Assembly: GCA_031257375.1 (NCBI GenBank)
Contig: JAIROU010000136.1
Span: 1-34,329 of the forward strand
DNA: 34,329 nucleotides
DNA from: Bifidobacteriaceae bacterium
Lineage (GTDB): Bacteria > Actinomycetota > Actinomycetes > Actinomycetales > WQXJ01
Direction: 5' to 3'
The translations under genes were made by a program, and so were the position numbers. Position 1 is the first letter of the stretch. The number at the start of each line of letters is the position of its first letter. A model generated the notes under the pieces. The model saw only the letters and a program-made list of their open reading frames with translations, was not told where the DNA came from and did not search any database. Shown piece after piece: positions 8,205-16,260 of the stretch.

Positions 8205-9536
8205 ATGGAGGTCGTGCACCCGCGGTGCGCGGGGATGGACATATCGAAGACGGACGCGAAGGTGTGCGTCCGCGCGCAGGGCGCCGGGAGGCGCAAGACC
8301 TCGACGGAGGTGACCGAGTGGGCGGCGAAGACGTCGAAGGTCATGGAGTTGGCGGACTACCTGCTGGCCCAGAAGGTGACATGTGTGGTGATGGAGGCGA
8401 CCGGGAACTATTGGAAGATCTTCTGGCATTTGCTGACGGGCGCTGGTTTGGAGGTGGTGTTGGCGAACGCGGCCCGCGTGAGGCAGATCCCGGGAAAGAA
8501 GACGGACATAGCGGACTGTGTCTGGTTGGCGGATTTGTGCGCGCACGGGCTGGTTGCGGCGTCGTTCGTGCCGCCTGCGCCGGTCGCCCAGTTGAAGGAT
8601 CTGGTCCGGGCGCGGGCGAAGTACGCGAAGGTCGCGGGCCAGGAGGCCCAAAGGCTGCAGGACGTGCTGGAGTCCGCGGGGGTGAAGCTGTCGTGCGCGG
8701 TGACGGACATTATGGGCGTGTCGGGCCGGCGAATGGTCGAGGCATTGATCGCGGGCGAGGGGGACCCGCTCAAGCTGGCGCGTTTGGGCGAGCGGAACCT
8801 GAAGGCGTCCGAGGAGGAGTTGGCGGAGGCGTTGACGGGCCGGTTCTCGGAGCACCACGCGTTCTTGGCGAGAACCCATTTGGACACGATAGACCACCTC
8901 CGTGGCAAGGCCGCCGCGTTGGACGCCCGGATCGACGCGTTCTTCGACCCGGACTGTGAGATCCCGGCGGGTGGTTCGGGGGCGGGTTTGTCGCGGGAAG
9001 AGCGGGAGGAGTGGCGCAGCAAGCGGGAGTTGTTGCAGACGGTGCCGGGCGTGTCGGAGACGGTCGCGGAGCAGATCCTGGCGGAGACAGGCCCGGACAT
9101 GTCGGTGTTCGCCTCGCCTAAGCATTTGGCGTCGTGGGCGGGGGTCGCGCCGGGCATGAACCAGTCCGCGGGTCGGGCCAAGCCGACCAAGGCGAAGAAG
9201 GGCGACAAGCATCTGAAGGGCGCTCTGGGGGTGGCGGCGCTGTCCGTCGCGCGGCATCCGGGGACGTTCCTCCATTCCCGTTATAGGCGGGTGTGCGCGC
9301 GGCAGGGGAAGATGAAGGCGTTGGTCGCCGTCGAGCGGTCCATGGTGGTGTCCATATGGCACATTCTTTCTAAGGGCGAGCCGTACCGGGAGTTGGGCGC
9401 CGACTATTATCTGCGGCGCAGGCCTGGCGCGGCGATACGCAAAGCGGTGGACAACCTGCGCCGCCTCGGGTTCGAGGTGGATGTCAACGACGGGGAAGCG
9501 CCGACGGCTGTGCTCACCCCGGTCCCGCTCGGGTGA
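8205..9536 (+). CDS. IS110-family (DEDD) transposase; the ends of the IS itself are not resolved
   Basis: MEVVHPRCAGMDISKTDAKVCV..., VVMEATGNYW, GKKTDIADCVWLADL, and C-terminal PGVSETVAEQILAETG...FASPKHLASWAGVAPGMNQSAGR...KGDKHLKGAL are typical of the IS110 family. The start at ATG 8205 is preceded by GGAGGAGG; the track ORF begins at 8178. Confidence 0.85.
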   Translation: MEVVHPRCAGMDISKTDAKVCVRAQGAGRRKTSTEVTEWAAKTSKVMELADYLLAQKVTCVVMEATGNYWKIFWHLLTGAGLEVVLANAARVRQIPGKKTDIADCVWLADLCAHGLVAASFVPPAPVAQLKDLVRARAKYAKVAGQEAQRLQDVLESAGVKLSCAVTDIMGVSGRRMVEALIAGEGDPLKLARLGERNLKASEEELAEALTGRFSEHHAFLARTHLDTIDHLRGKAAALDARIDAFFDPDCEIPAGGSGAGLSREEREEWRSKRELLQTVPGVSETVAEQILAETGPDMSVFASPKHLASWAGVAPGMNQSAGRAKPTKAKKGDKHLKGALGVAALSVARHPGTFLHSRYRRVCARQGKMKALVAVERSMVVSIWHILSKGEPYRELGADYYLRRRPGAAIRKAVDNLRRLGFEVDVNDGEAPTAVLTPVPLG

Positions 9537-9730
9537 CGCCACCGCTCATCACCGCGTGGCCGAGTTGGCTTTCGCGTCAGCGTCGGCGAGAATCTGTAGG
9601 TGCATGAAGGATCGCCGCGCTCAACCGGCATCGGGATCGTCCCCGGCGTCGCCCTCGGTTTTCCTGACAGTTTCCTTCTGGTTTACCGAACTGGCCTACG
9701 CTGGTGAGAGGTCGCTGCGAAGGGGTGAAG

Positions 9731-10852
9731 ATGACCATCAGGCGCAGGCTGTTCCTCTCGAACACCCTCATGCTCGTGCTGCCCGTCTTCCTCACCCTCG
9801 CAACCTTCGTTGCGGGAGAGTTGGTCTTGTTGCATCTGTTCGGCTTCGACGTGGAGGTGGACAGCGCAGAGCCCGAAGGCGACGAGTTGACCGCTCATCT
9901 GGCCATCGTGGCGGCGCTGCTGGCCTTCATAATCGTGATCGTTGTGGTGACGAACCGTGTGCTGACTCATTTCGTGACGAAGCGGATCACGACCTCCATC
10001 GACACCCTGAGTTCGGGTGTCCACGAGTTGCGGGACGGCAATCTGGACTACCGCATTGACTACAGCCGGGACGATGAGTTCCGGCCGGTTTGCGCCGACT
10101 TCAATGAGATGGCCGAGCGTTTGTCCGACATGGTGGCTGCGCGCCAGCGGGATGAGGCGAGCCGCCGCGAGTTGATCGCTGGGATCTCGCACGACTTGAG
10201 GACCCCGCTGACGGCGATCAAGGCGTACCTTGAGGGCTTGGACAAGGGTGTGGCGAGCACTCCCGAAGACCGGCGGCGCTACTTGGACACGATCCGGGCC
10301 AAAGCCGACGATCTGGAGCACATCATCAGCCAACTGTTCTTGTTCACCAAACTGGACCTGGGCGAGTTCCCGCTCTGTCTGGAGCGCGCTGACGTGGGGC
10401 GAGCGCTCAGAGAGTTCGTCGCTTCGGTCGAGTCCGAGTACGCGGCCAAGGGGTTGACGGTGAGTCTCGCCCCGCCTCCGGACGCCTTGTGGGCGAATCT
10501 CGACATCGTGCAGTTCCGCAACGTCCTCCACAATGTGCTGGCAAACAGCGTCACCTACGCGACAGGCGACGGCCCGGGGTCCCTGATCGAACTGTCGGGC
10601 GACGGCGTCAGCATCACAGTGTCACTGACGGATGACGGCCCCGGCGTGCCCCCGGAGTCCACCGGCAGGTTGTTCGACATGTTCTACCGGGCTGATCTCG
10701 CCCGCCAGGACTCGGCCAACGGTTCCGGTTTGGGCCTGGCCATCGCGAGGAAGATGGTCGGGCGCCTGGGTGGGGCGATGAGGGCCGAGAATGCCGAGCC
10801 TCACGGTCTGAGGATCGTGGTGACGCTCCCCAGGGTGGAAGGTGACAGGTGA
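9731..10852 (+). CDS. sensor histidine kinase (two TM helices with a very short external loop, HAMP, HisKA, HATPase_c)
   Basis: H-box ELIAGISHDLRTPLTAI, N-box HNVLANSVTYA, G-boxes DDGPGVP and GSGLGLAIARKMV. The N-terminus has two hydrophobic segments separated by about 20 aa. The start at ATG 9731 (MTIRRRLF) follows GAAGGGG. Confidence 0.85.
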   Translation: MTIRRRLFLSNTLMLVLPVFLTLATFVAGELVLLHLFGFDVEVDSAEPEGDELTAHLAIVAALLAFIIVIVVVTNRVLTHFVTKRITTSIDTLSSGVHELRDGNLDYRIDYSRDDEFRPVCADFNEMAERLSDMVAARQRDEASRRELIAGISHDLRTPLTAIKAYLEGLDKGVASTPEDRRRYLDTIRAKADDLEHIISQLFLFTKLDLGEFPLCLERADVGRALREFVASVESEYAAKGLTVSLAPPPDALWANLDIVQFRNVLHNVLANSVTYATGDGPGSLIELSGDGVSITVSLTDDGPGVPPESTGRLFDMFYRADLARQDSANGSGLGLAIARKMVGRLGGAMRAENAEPHGLRIVVTLPRVEGDR

Positions 10853-11541
10853 AGAAGAGGGTCCTCATCATTGAGGACGACCGCGCCATCGCCGAGATCG
10901 AGCGGGACTTCTTGGAGATCGACGGCTTCGACACGGTCATCTGCTCGGACGGATCGGTCGGTCTCCGCGCGGCGCAAACCGAGGCGTTCGACCTCATCTT
11001 GCTCGACTTGATGCTGCCCGGTGTGTCCGGCCTCGACATTTGCCGCGCCGTCCGGGGTTCGACCGACGTGCCTATCCTCATGGTGACGGCGCGCACTGAG
11101 GACGCCGACAAGGTGCGCGGCCTTGGCCTGGGCGCCGACGACTACATCGCCAAACCGTTCTCGCCGACCGAATTGGTCGCCAGGGTCAAGGCGAACCTGG
11201 CCCAGTACGACCGCCTGAAACAAGGTGGCCCCGGCCAGGTGCGGGAGTTGAGCATCGGGGCTCTGACCGCGGACCTGGACACGCGCCGGGTCCGGCTGGT
11301 GGACAAGGAGATTGACCTGAAGAACAAGGAGTACGAGTTGCTCGTCTTCTTGATGGCCAACCCAGACATCGTGTTCTCCAAGGACAGGCTGTACGAACGG
11401 GTCTGGGGCGCGGACGCCTTCGGCGACCTCAAGACCGTCGTGGTCCACATCAACCGGTTGCGGGACAAGATCGAACCCGACCCGCAGAACCCCTCCTACA
11501 TTCAGACCGTGTGGGGAGCCGGATACCGCTTCCGCGTTTGA
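10849..11541 (+). CDS. OmpR/PhoB-family response regulator
   Basis: Receiver domain VLIIEDD...DLILLDLMLPG...ADDYIAKPF, plus a winged-helix C-terminus (LKNKEYELLVFLMANPDIVFSKDRLYERVWG...IQTVWGAGYRF). The GTG start overlaps the kinase stop by 4 bp (GTGA), which suggests translational coupling. Confidence 0.9.
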   Translation: MKKRVLIIEDDRAIAEIERDFLEIDGFDTVICSDGSVGLRAAQTEAFDLILLDLMLPGVSGLDICRAVRGSTDVPILMVTARTEDADKVRGLGLGADDYIAKPFSPTELVARVKANLAQYDRLKQGGPGQVRELSIGALTADLDTRRVRLVDKEIDLKNKEYELLVFLMANPDIVFSKDRLYERVWGADAFGDLKTVVVHINRLRDKIEPDPQNPSYIQTVWGAGYRFRV

Positions 11542-11566
11542 GCGCGGGGTTTCGGTTTCCCGACTG

Positions 11567-11583
11567 TTTACCGCCTTTTACCG
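11567..11583 (+). promoter_or_regulatory. direct repeat TTTACCG-N3-TTTACCG (10-bp register), candidate OmpR-family response-regulator box upstream of the NOX-like gene
   Basis: TTTACCG lies at 11567-11573 and 11577-11583, about 85-100 bp upstream of the ATG at 11667. A related TTTCCTT-N4-TTTACCG lies at 9671-9688, about 45 bp upstream of the kinase start. At least one further TTTACCG lies inside the kinase pseudogene (~3568), so the heptamer alone is not unique. Confidence 0.3.
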
Positions 11584-11666
11584 GATCGTGTTCTCGTTGT
11601 GGTCGTCAGTTCGTTCCCTCTGGTCAGGATGGGTGGCGTCTCGCACAGTGAGGGGAATAGAGTCCG

Positions 11667-12911
11667 ATGAAAAGGCACCACCTGCACATGGCAGGGTTGG
11701 TCGCGGTCACCGTCGCGGTCTGGTCTATGACCAGACCGAGCGTTGACATTTCGACCGCCCTGGAAGTCGCGCAGCTGTTCGGCGCACTGTCGTTGGTAGG
11801 CCTTGCCGCCGTCAACTTCATCACCACCCGGCACGGGTCGGTGGACGCCATCTTCGGCGGGCTGGACAAGTCCTACGCCGTGCACAAGCGGCTGAGCGTG
11901 GCCTCCCTGGCGTTGGTCGTCGTCCACGTCGTAATCGCCGTGGAAAACGAACCAGCGGTCGAAGCCGGAGGAGGACACGGTGCTTCGGCCGCGGGGGTCT
12001 TCAGCCTCGTGGCGTTCGCGCTCTTGACGTTGGTCGCCCTGCTCGCCCGGAAGCTCAACTACGAGCGGTGGAAGGCAGTCCACAAGTGGATGGTCCTGCC
12101 GTATGTCATCGGCCTGATCCACTACTACGGGGCTTCCGATTACGCTGTGCTGGCGTGGACGCCGCTGAGTCTCTGGCTCAACGTCGTCAATCTGATCGGC
12201 GTCGCCTCCTGCTTCTACAGCGTGTTCCTTTACGAGCGCCTCGGCTTCCCCTGGCGTGGCCGCGTCGAACACGTCCAGGAAGTCGCGGCGGGCACGGTCG
12301 AGTTCAGGGTGAGGATGAACGGCTTCACGGCGCGACCCGGCCAGTTCGTCTTCCTGAAGGTTAACCCCAAGACCCGACGCTTCCCCTCTCATCCGTTCAC
12401 CGTCAGCGGCCTGTCAGAACGCGGTCTGGTCCAGTTCACGGTAAAGAGCCTCGGCGATCACACGGCTCGGCTGGTCAGGGGGTTGACGGTCGGCGATGCC
12501 GTGTGGCTGAGTCGGGCACACGGCAGGTTCGACTACTCCAAGGGCCGTCCACGGCAGGTGTGGATCGCCGGGGGTATCGGAATCGCGCCTTTCAGGAGCT
12601 TTTACGAGGCTGGTGTCCCGCAAGTCTTCGACATCGACCTGTTCTACGCCTACAACAGTGAGGCCGAGAGTCCCTACTTGCGTGAAGTCAAAGCTCTCGA
12701 CGAAGAGAGCAACATCCGCGTCCACCTGTGCGATTTCACTGAGACCGGCTTCCTGACCGCCAGGCGCATACGACAGCACCTGCACCCCGAAGAGCAGTTC
12801 GACGTCTACTTCTGCGGGCCGAAAGCCATGCTCGGCAGCCTGCTTCCCCAACTGGCCGACATCGAACTCAAACCCGCCAGCGTCCACTACGAGGAGTTCC
12901 AGTTCAAGTAG
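11667..12911 (+). CDS. NOX/ferric-reductase-like flavocytochrome (FRD bis-heme transmembrane domain + FAD/NAD(P)H-binding FNR-like domain)
   Basis: There are two histidine pairs in TM helices with NOX-type spacing: HKRLSVASLALVVVH (Hx13H) and HKWMVLPYVIGLIH (Hx12H). The FAD motif is HPFTVSG and the nucleotide-binding motif is WIAGGIGIAPF. The C-terminus is CGPKAM. Confidence 0.8.
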   Translation: MKRHHLHMAGLVAVTVAVWSMTRPSVDISTALEVAQLFGALSLVGLAAVNFITTRHGSVDAIFGGLDKSYAVHKRLSVASLALVVVHVVIAVENEPAVEAGGGHGASAAGVFSLVAFALLTLVALLARKLNYERWKAVHKWMVLPYVIGLIHYYGASDYAVLAWTPLSLWLNVVNLIGVASCFYSVFLYERLGFPWRGRVEHVQEVAAGTVEFRVRMNGFTARPGQFVFLKVNPKTRRFPSHPFTVSGLSERGLVQFTVKSLGDHTARLVRGLTVGDAVWLSRAHGRFDYSKGRPRQVWIAGGIGIAPFRSFYEAGVPQVFDIDLFYAYNSEAESPYLREVKALDEESNIRVHLCDFTETGFLTARRIRQHLHPEEQFDVYFCGPKAMLGSLLPQLADIELKPASVHYEEFQFK

Positions 12912-13548
12912 GGCTGATCGTTGGAGTCGAAGTCGAGCAGGGGGGCGTAGAACGATGACAGGCCCACTTCGCACTTCTCCGACGGGGCGAGCCGCGGGCG
13001 CCGGCACCTCGGGCCTGGGCCGCCGGGAGTGGCCGCCTTGGGTAGACTGCGGTTCGCCTTCTTCGCCATGGCTCTTTCTTTTCCTTCCCCCGTGGTCAAT
13101 TGGGCCACACCAGATGGGGAGAATTGGAACCCGTCACCGGTCAGCGATCTCGGACGCGGAACGTCTCAGCCACCGCCTGCGAGTGGTTCGCTGCCGCAAG
13201 TCCGACTGGAGTGCCGTTCAATCTGAACCCAAGTGTTTGGCCCGGCGGAGTGATGGCGGCAGTGTCCGCAGTCTTCAGCACTGCCAAGCTCTGCGTCTTC
13301 GACGGGAAGAAAGTGTCGATAACCGCAAGCAATGTGGGCTGCGTGCTCGTGAGTGTCGCCATGCTTTCTGCCGGTGTTGCCTGTGTTGCCGTCCTCTTGG
13401 GAGCTTGACTCCACCGACCCAACGTTGGGGCAGCGGAACAAACGGCCTGAGCCGCCCATCATTCGCGGCTCCGTGTCTGCCGTCGTCTGACGGCAGGCAC
13501 CGAGCCAGTCGTTGAGGACCGCTTTGGCACTCGACCGGCACCACAAAC

Positions 13549-14556
13549 ATGTTCTCAGCAGAATCCGCGAATCGCAGCGATGGGCGGCTTTTCGTGGAGG
13601 TCGGGGCGCCGTTCTGTGGGCAGGACCTGGCTTTGCGGAATCGGCTTGCGCCCGTGGCGTATGACTGGATGGAGGTCGTCCTGATTCGGGAGGGCACATG
13701 CGAGGTGATCCACCGGCGTGATGGGGCCAGGAACATGGTGCGGCCTGGGCATGTGGTGGTGTTGATGCCGAACGTGCCCTGCGGGATCGTTCCTGAGGGC
13801 CAGGTGAGGGTAACCCGCCTGTTCTATCGCCCTCCGTTCGTTGTCCAGCAACTCAGGTGGGCTGATCCCACTGCCACGCCACACATGCTGGGCGCGTGGA
13901 GCAGGTTCGAGCGGGCCAAGCCGTCCCAGGTGGTCGATCTGGCCGGTGACTACTGGCCAGAACTGATCGGCCTGGCCGCCAGCCTGGTCGGGCTTACGAG
14001 AGCCGGGTGGCTGCGGTCACAGCACTTGAGCGCCGCCGGTTGGGCGTTGCGTGTCCTCGGTGTCATCGAGAACAAGCTGGCAGTAGGCCGCGCGCACGGC
14101 CTGTTCGCCGCTGACCACAACCTGGTCAACCGCCCAACCGAACCGGCGTTCGGGAAGTTACGGCCATTGCATGAGGGCATCAGCTTGGTGGTGGACAGGC
14201 TGCGGGAACAGCACGCGGAGCACCACACGGTGGCGGAGCTAGCCTCATGGGCCAACCTCTCACCGAGCCAGTTCAGGCGCAGGTTCGTCCAGCAGGTCGG
14301 GAAAACGCCGAAGGCGTACCAGGACATGATCCGGGTCAGGCGGATGGCCGAGTTGCTCTTGACCACGGAGTTGCCGGTCGCGCGGATCGCGGCAGTGGTG
14401 GGCTGGCTGGACCCGTCGCGGGCAGCGCAAGTGTTCAAAGAGGCCGCGGGTATGACCCCGCTGGGCTACAGGCGCTCCTTCGGCGTCATCGCCGACCGGC
14501 CTGGGTATGCCGAAGATGCCATGTTTGGCGCTGTAATGACTACTTTTGGCATCTAG
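13549..14556 (+). CDS. AraC/XylS-family transcriptional regulator (cupin-like N-terminus + HTH_18)
   Basis: The C-terminal tandem HTH is HTVAELASWANLSPSQFRRRFVQQVGKTPKAYQDMIRVRRMAELLLTTELPVARIAAVVGWLDPSRAAQVFKEAAGMTPLGYRR. The exact start is uncertain. Confidence 0.8.
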   Translation: MFSAESANRSDGRLFVEVGAPFCGQDLALRNRLAPVAYDWMEVVLIREGTCEVIHRRDGARNMVRPGHVVVLMPNVPCGIVPEGQVRVTRLFYRPPFVVQQLRWADPTATPHMLGAWSRFERAKPSQVVDLAGDYWPELIGLAASLVGLTRAGWLRSQHLSAAGWALRVLGVIENKLAVGRAHGLFAADHNLVNRPTEPAFGKLRPLHEGISLVVDRLREQHAEHHTVAELASWANLSPSQFRRRFVQQVGKTPKAYQDMIRVRRMAELLLTTELPVARIAAVVGWLDPSRAAQVFKEAAGMTPLGYRRSFGVIADRPGYAEDAMFGAVMTTFGI

Positions 14557-14718
14557 CTCTGCCGCAATGGCGCGGCCCGTGGCGTGCTTGATGCGCGCGC
14601 CACGCCATCAGCTTGTCCTTGACGGCACCGGACCTCCGACAATGCGGGGGCACCCTCCGCCGCGGCTGGGACGTGCCGCGCACCTGTCAGGTGTCCGCAC
14701 ATTCCCACGGGAGGATCG

Positions 14719-14871
14719 ATGGCCTCAAATCCGGATTGGCGCTCAGAGCGTGAAACGAAGCTGGAAGCACTGCGCGAGAAGCTGGCGAGCGCCGTTGAAA
14801 GCTTGGCGACCGGCGAGGATTGGGCCAGGGCGGTCGTGTTCGCCGCGCGGTTCCAGTATCGGAGGAGTGGC
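14719..14871 (+). pseudogene. N-terminal remnant of an ArdC-like (DUF1738-type) ssDNA-binding/antirestriction protein
   Basis: MASNPDWRSERETKLEALREKLASAVESLATGEDWARAVVFAARFQYRRS matches my recollection of the ArdC-like N-terminal pattern (L..L...V..L.sGEDW...L.fAaRF..YS). The expected continuation (FxNxxLI...) is absent, and the frame degenerates into Gly/Arg-rich sequence. Confidence 0.35.
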
Positions 14872-15408
14872 GGCTGCGGCGTGTTCAGAGTGCGTGAATC
14901 CCTGGAACCAGAGGGCGCGCCTGGCGGCGCAGTTTGCCCATTGTCCTTGGGTGATCCCGGTGGGGTGGGCGATGGCGACAGGTTTGAGGCCAAGGACGCC
15001 GGCGGGCATCGCGGGGGGCACGTCGCCGGCGAGTTGGTCGATGGCGGCGAGTCGCCGCCATCTGGGATGGATGCCGATGGTTGCAAGCCTGACGCGGAGA
15101 GACGAGGCGGTCACCGGCTTGTCGGCGTGGCCGCCGCTGAACAGCCACCGGGTGGGGAGCCGTTCAGCGGGTCCGTCCCCGCGGCGGCGCGGGAGTTGGC
15201 GGGCAAGGGCGGCGAACGGCTCGGGCAGTTCCAGAGGGTCGGCGCCAAGGCGGAGCGTCACAGTCGTGCCGGATACGGTGCCGTCTTCGGTTCGGGCCGC
15301 GGCAGGCCCGCCGCGGGAAGAGCGCAGCAGCGAGGCGCCGGCCCTGGTCAGCGTCCCCGACACCATGCCGCGGGCGGTCGCGGGCGGTCGGGGTTGGGGC
15401 GTGGACAT
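14743..15408 (-). pseudogene. C-terminal remnant of an actinobacterial integrase-like protein (no catalytic His/Tyr recognisable)
   Basis: TVTLRLGADPLELPEPFAALARQL...RWLFSGGHADKPVTASSLRVRLATIGIHPRWRRLAAIDQLAGDVPPAMPAGVLGLKPVAIAHPTGITQGQWANCAARR resembles the C-terminal region of tyrosine-recombinase-like proteins of actinomycete elements. The N-terminal ~2/3 of such a protein is missing. Third-position GC is acceptable in this frame. The recognisable part ends near 14917. Confidence 0.35.
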
Positions 15409-15519
15409 GGCCCCGTCGCGGGACCGCCCGCGAGTCAGCCGCCCCGGTGGCCCTGTCGCCGTCAAGGCCGTTTCGCGCTGTGGCACCATGCCGGGGCCTG
15501 CCGGTTCCGGGGTAGCCCA

Positions 15520-16260
15520 GTGAACCGGGCCAGTCGGCGGCGAGCGGCGAGCGGGCGTGATGGTTGGGAGCGGTTCGAGGACTCGGAGTACCTGCGGGAG
15601 CTATTGGCCCGTTTGAGTCGGGACGGCTGGGCGCGTGACCTTGAGGCGGACGAGCTGATCCGCTATTGCGTCAGCCGGTTCTCCGGTTTGGCCCGCAAAC
15701 ACCGTTTGGAACCCGACGACGCGCGGTGGGCGGCGTTCGAGGCGATGCGCAACCCCAGCGCCAGGAACGGCACCGACCCGTGGGCGGTGATCGTCAAAGC
15801 CGTCGCTGTGACGATGCGGGCCGCCGAGTTCGCCCGCCCGTTCCGCTCGGACCTGGACTGCGCGGAGGGGGACGATGCGGCCGGGCCGGGCTCGATCCCC
15901 GCCCGGGCCGCCAACATCGCCGCCTGGTTGCGCTGTCACGGGTGGGGTTTGGAGACAGCCCGCGTCGCGGTGGAGGTTGTCATGCTTCGCCTGGCGGAGG
16001 CCGGGTCGAGGCCGGCCGCCTGCGAGCAGTTGCGGAAGGACCGCCACGCCAGGGCGATCACCGGCCTGCCCGCCAGGTCGTGTACCGCGCTGCTGCGGTT
16101 GCTGCTCGGCGCGCCCGGCCATGACAAGGCCCGCGCCAATCGGGGGAAGGGCGTCCTGCTGCGGCTGGCGCTGGGCGAGGCCCCGGCGCGTTTGGACGCC
16201 GACGCCGCCCTCGCGGAGGCGGCCGCGGCGGCCGCCCCGAAATGGGCGGGGCGGCTGTGA
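15520..16260 (+). CDS. hypothetical protein (246 aa), overlaps the start of the ParB-like gene
   Basis: This is the only part of track ORF 14719..16260 that is not contradicted by the minus-strand remnant. The in-frame GTG at 15520 gives VNRASRRRAASGRDGWERFEDSEYLRELLARL.... No recognisable domain. There is a 19-bp overlap with the next gene. Confidence 0.45.
   Translation: MNRASRRRAASGRDGWERFEDSEYLRELLARLSRDGWARDLEADELIRYCVSRFSGLARKHRLEPDDARWAAFEAMRNPSARNGTDPWAVIVKAVAVTMRAAEFARPFRSDLDCAEGDDAAGPGSIPARAANIAAWLRCHGWGLETARVAVEVVMLRLAEAGSRPAACEQLRKDRHARAITGLPARSCTALLRLLLGAPGHDKARANRGKGVLLRLALGEAPARLDADAALAEAAAAAAPKWAGRL

Noticed and set aside
8121-9542. 473-aa minus-strand ORF covering the IS110 transposase
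   Set aside because: It is an antisense shadow of the transposase gene, with an Arg/Pro/Leu-rich translation. The plus frame contains all the IS110-family motifs.
12912-13548. Several 50-190 aa ORFs in the NOX-AraC spacer, including a possible 51-aa membrane peptide at 13253-13408 and a hairpin CTGCCGTC-GTCT-GACGGCAG near 13488-13507
   Set aside because: The frames mutually overlap, none has a recognisable motif, and the Shine-Dalgarno sequences are weak. The 51-aa ORF has tolerable third-position GC but no further support. The region is left as unannotated intergenic or decayed DNA.
14546-16260. Track ORFs 14546..15523 (+, 325 aa) and 14719..16260 (+, 513 aa) as single genes
   Set aside because: Their middles are Gly/Arg/Pro-rich and conflict with the more protein-like minus-strand integrase-like frame. 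Only the first ~50 codons of 14719 (ArdC-like) and the last 246 codons (15520-16260) look like genuine coding sequence.
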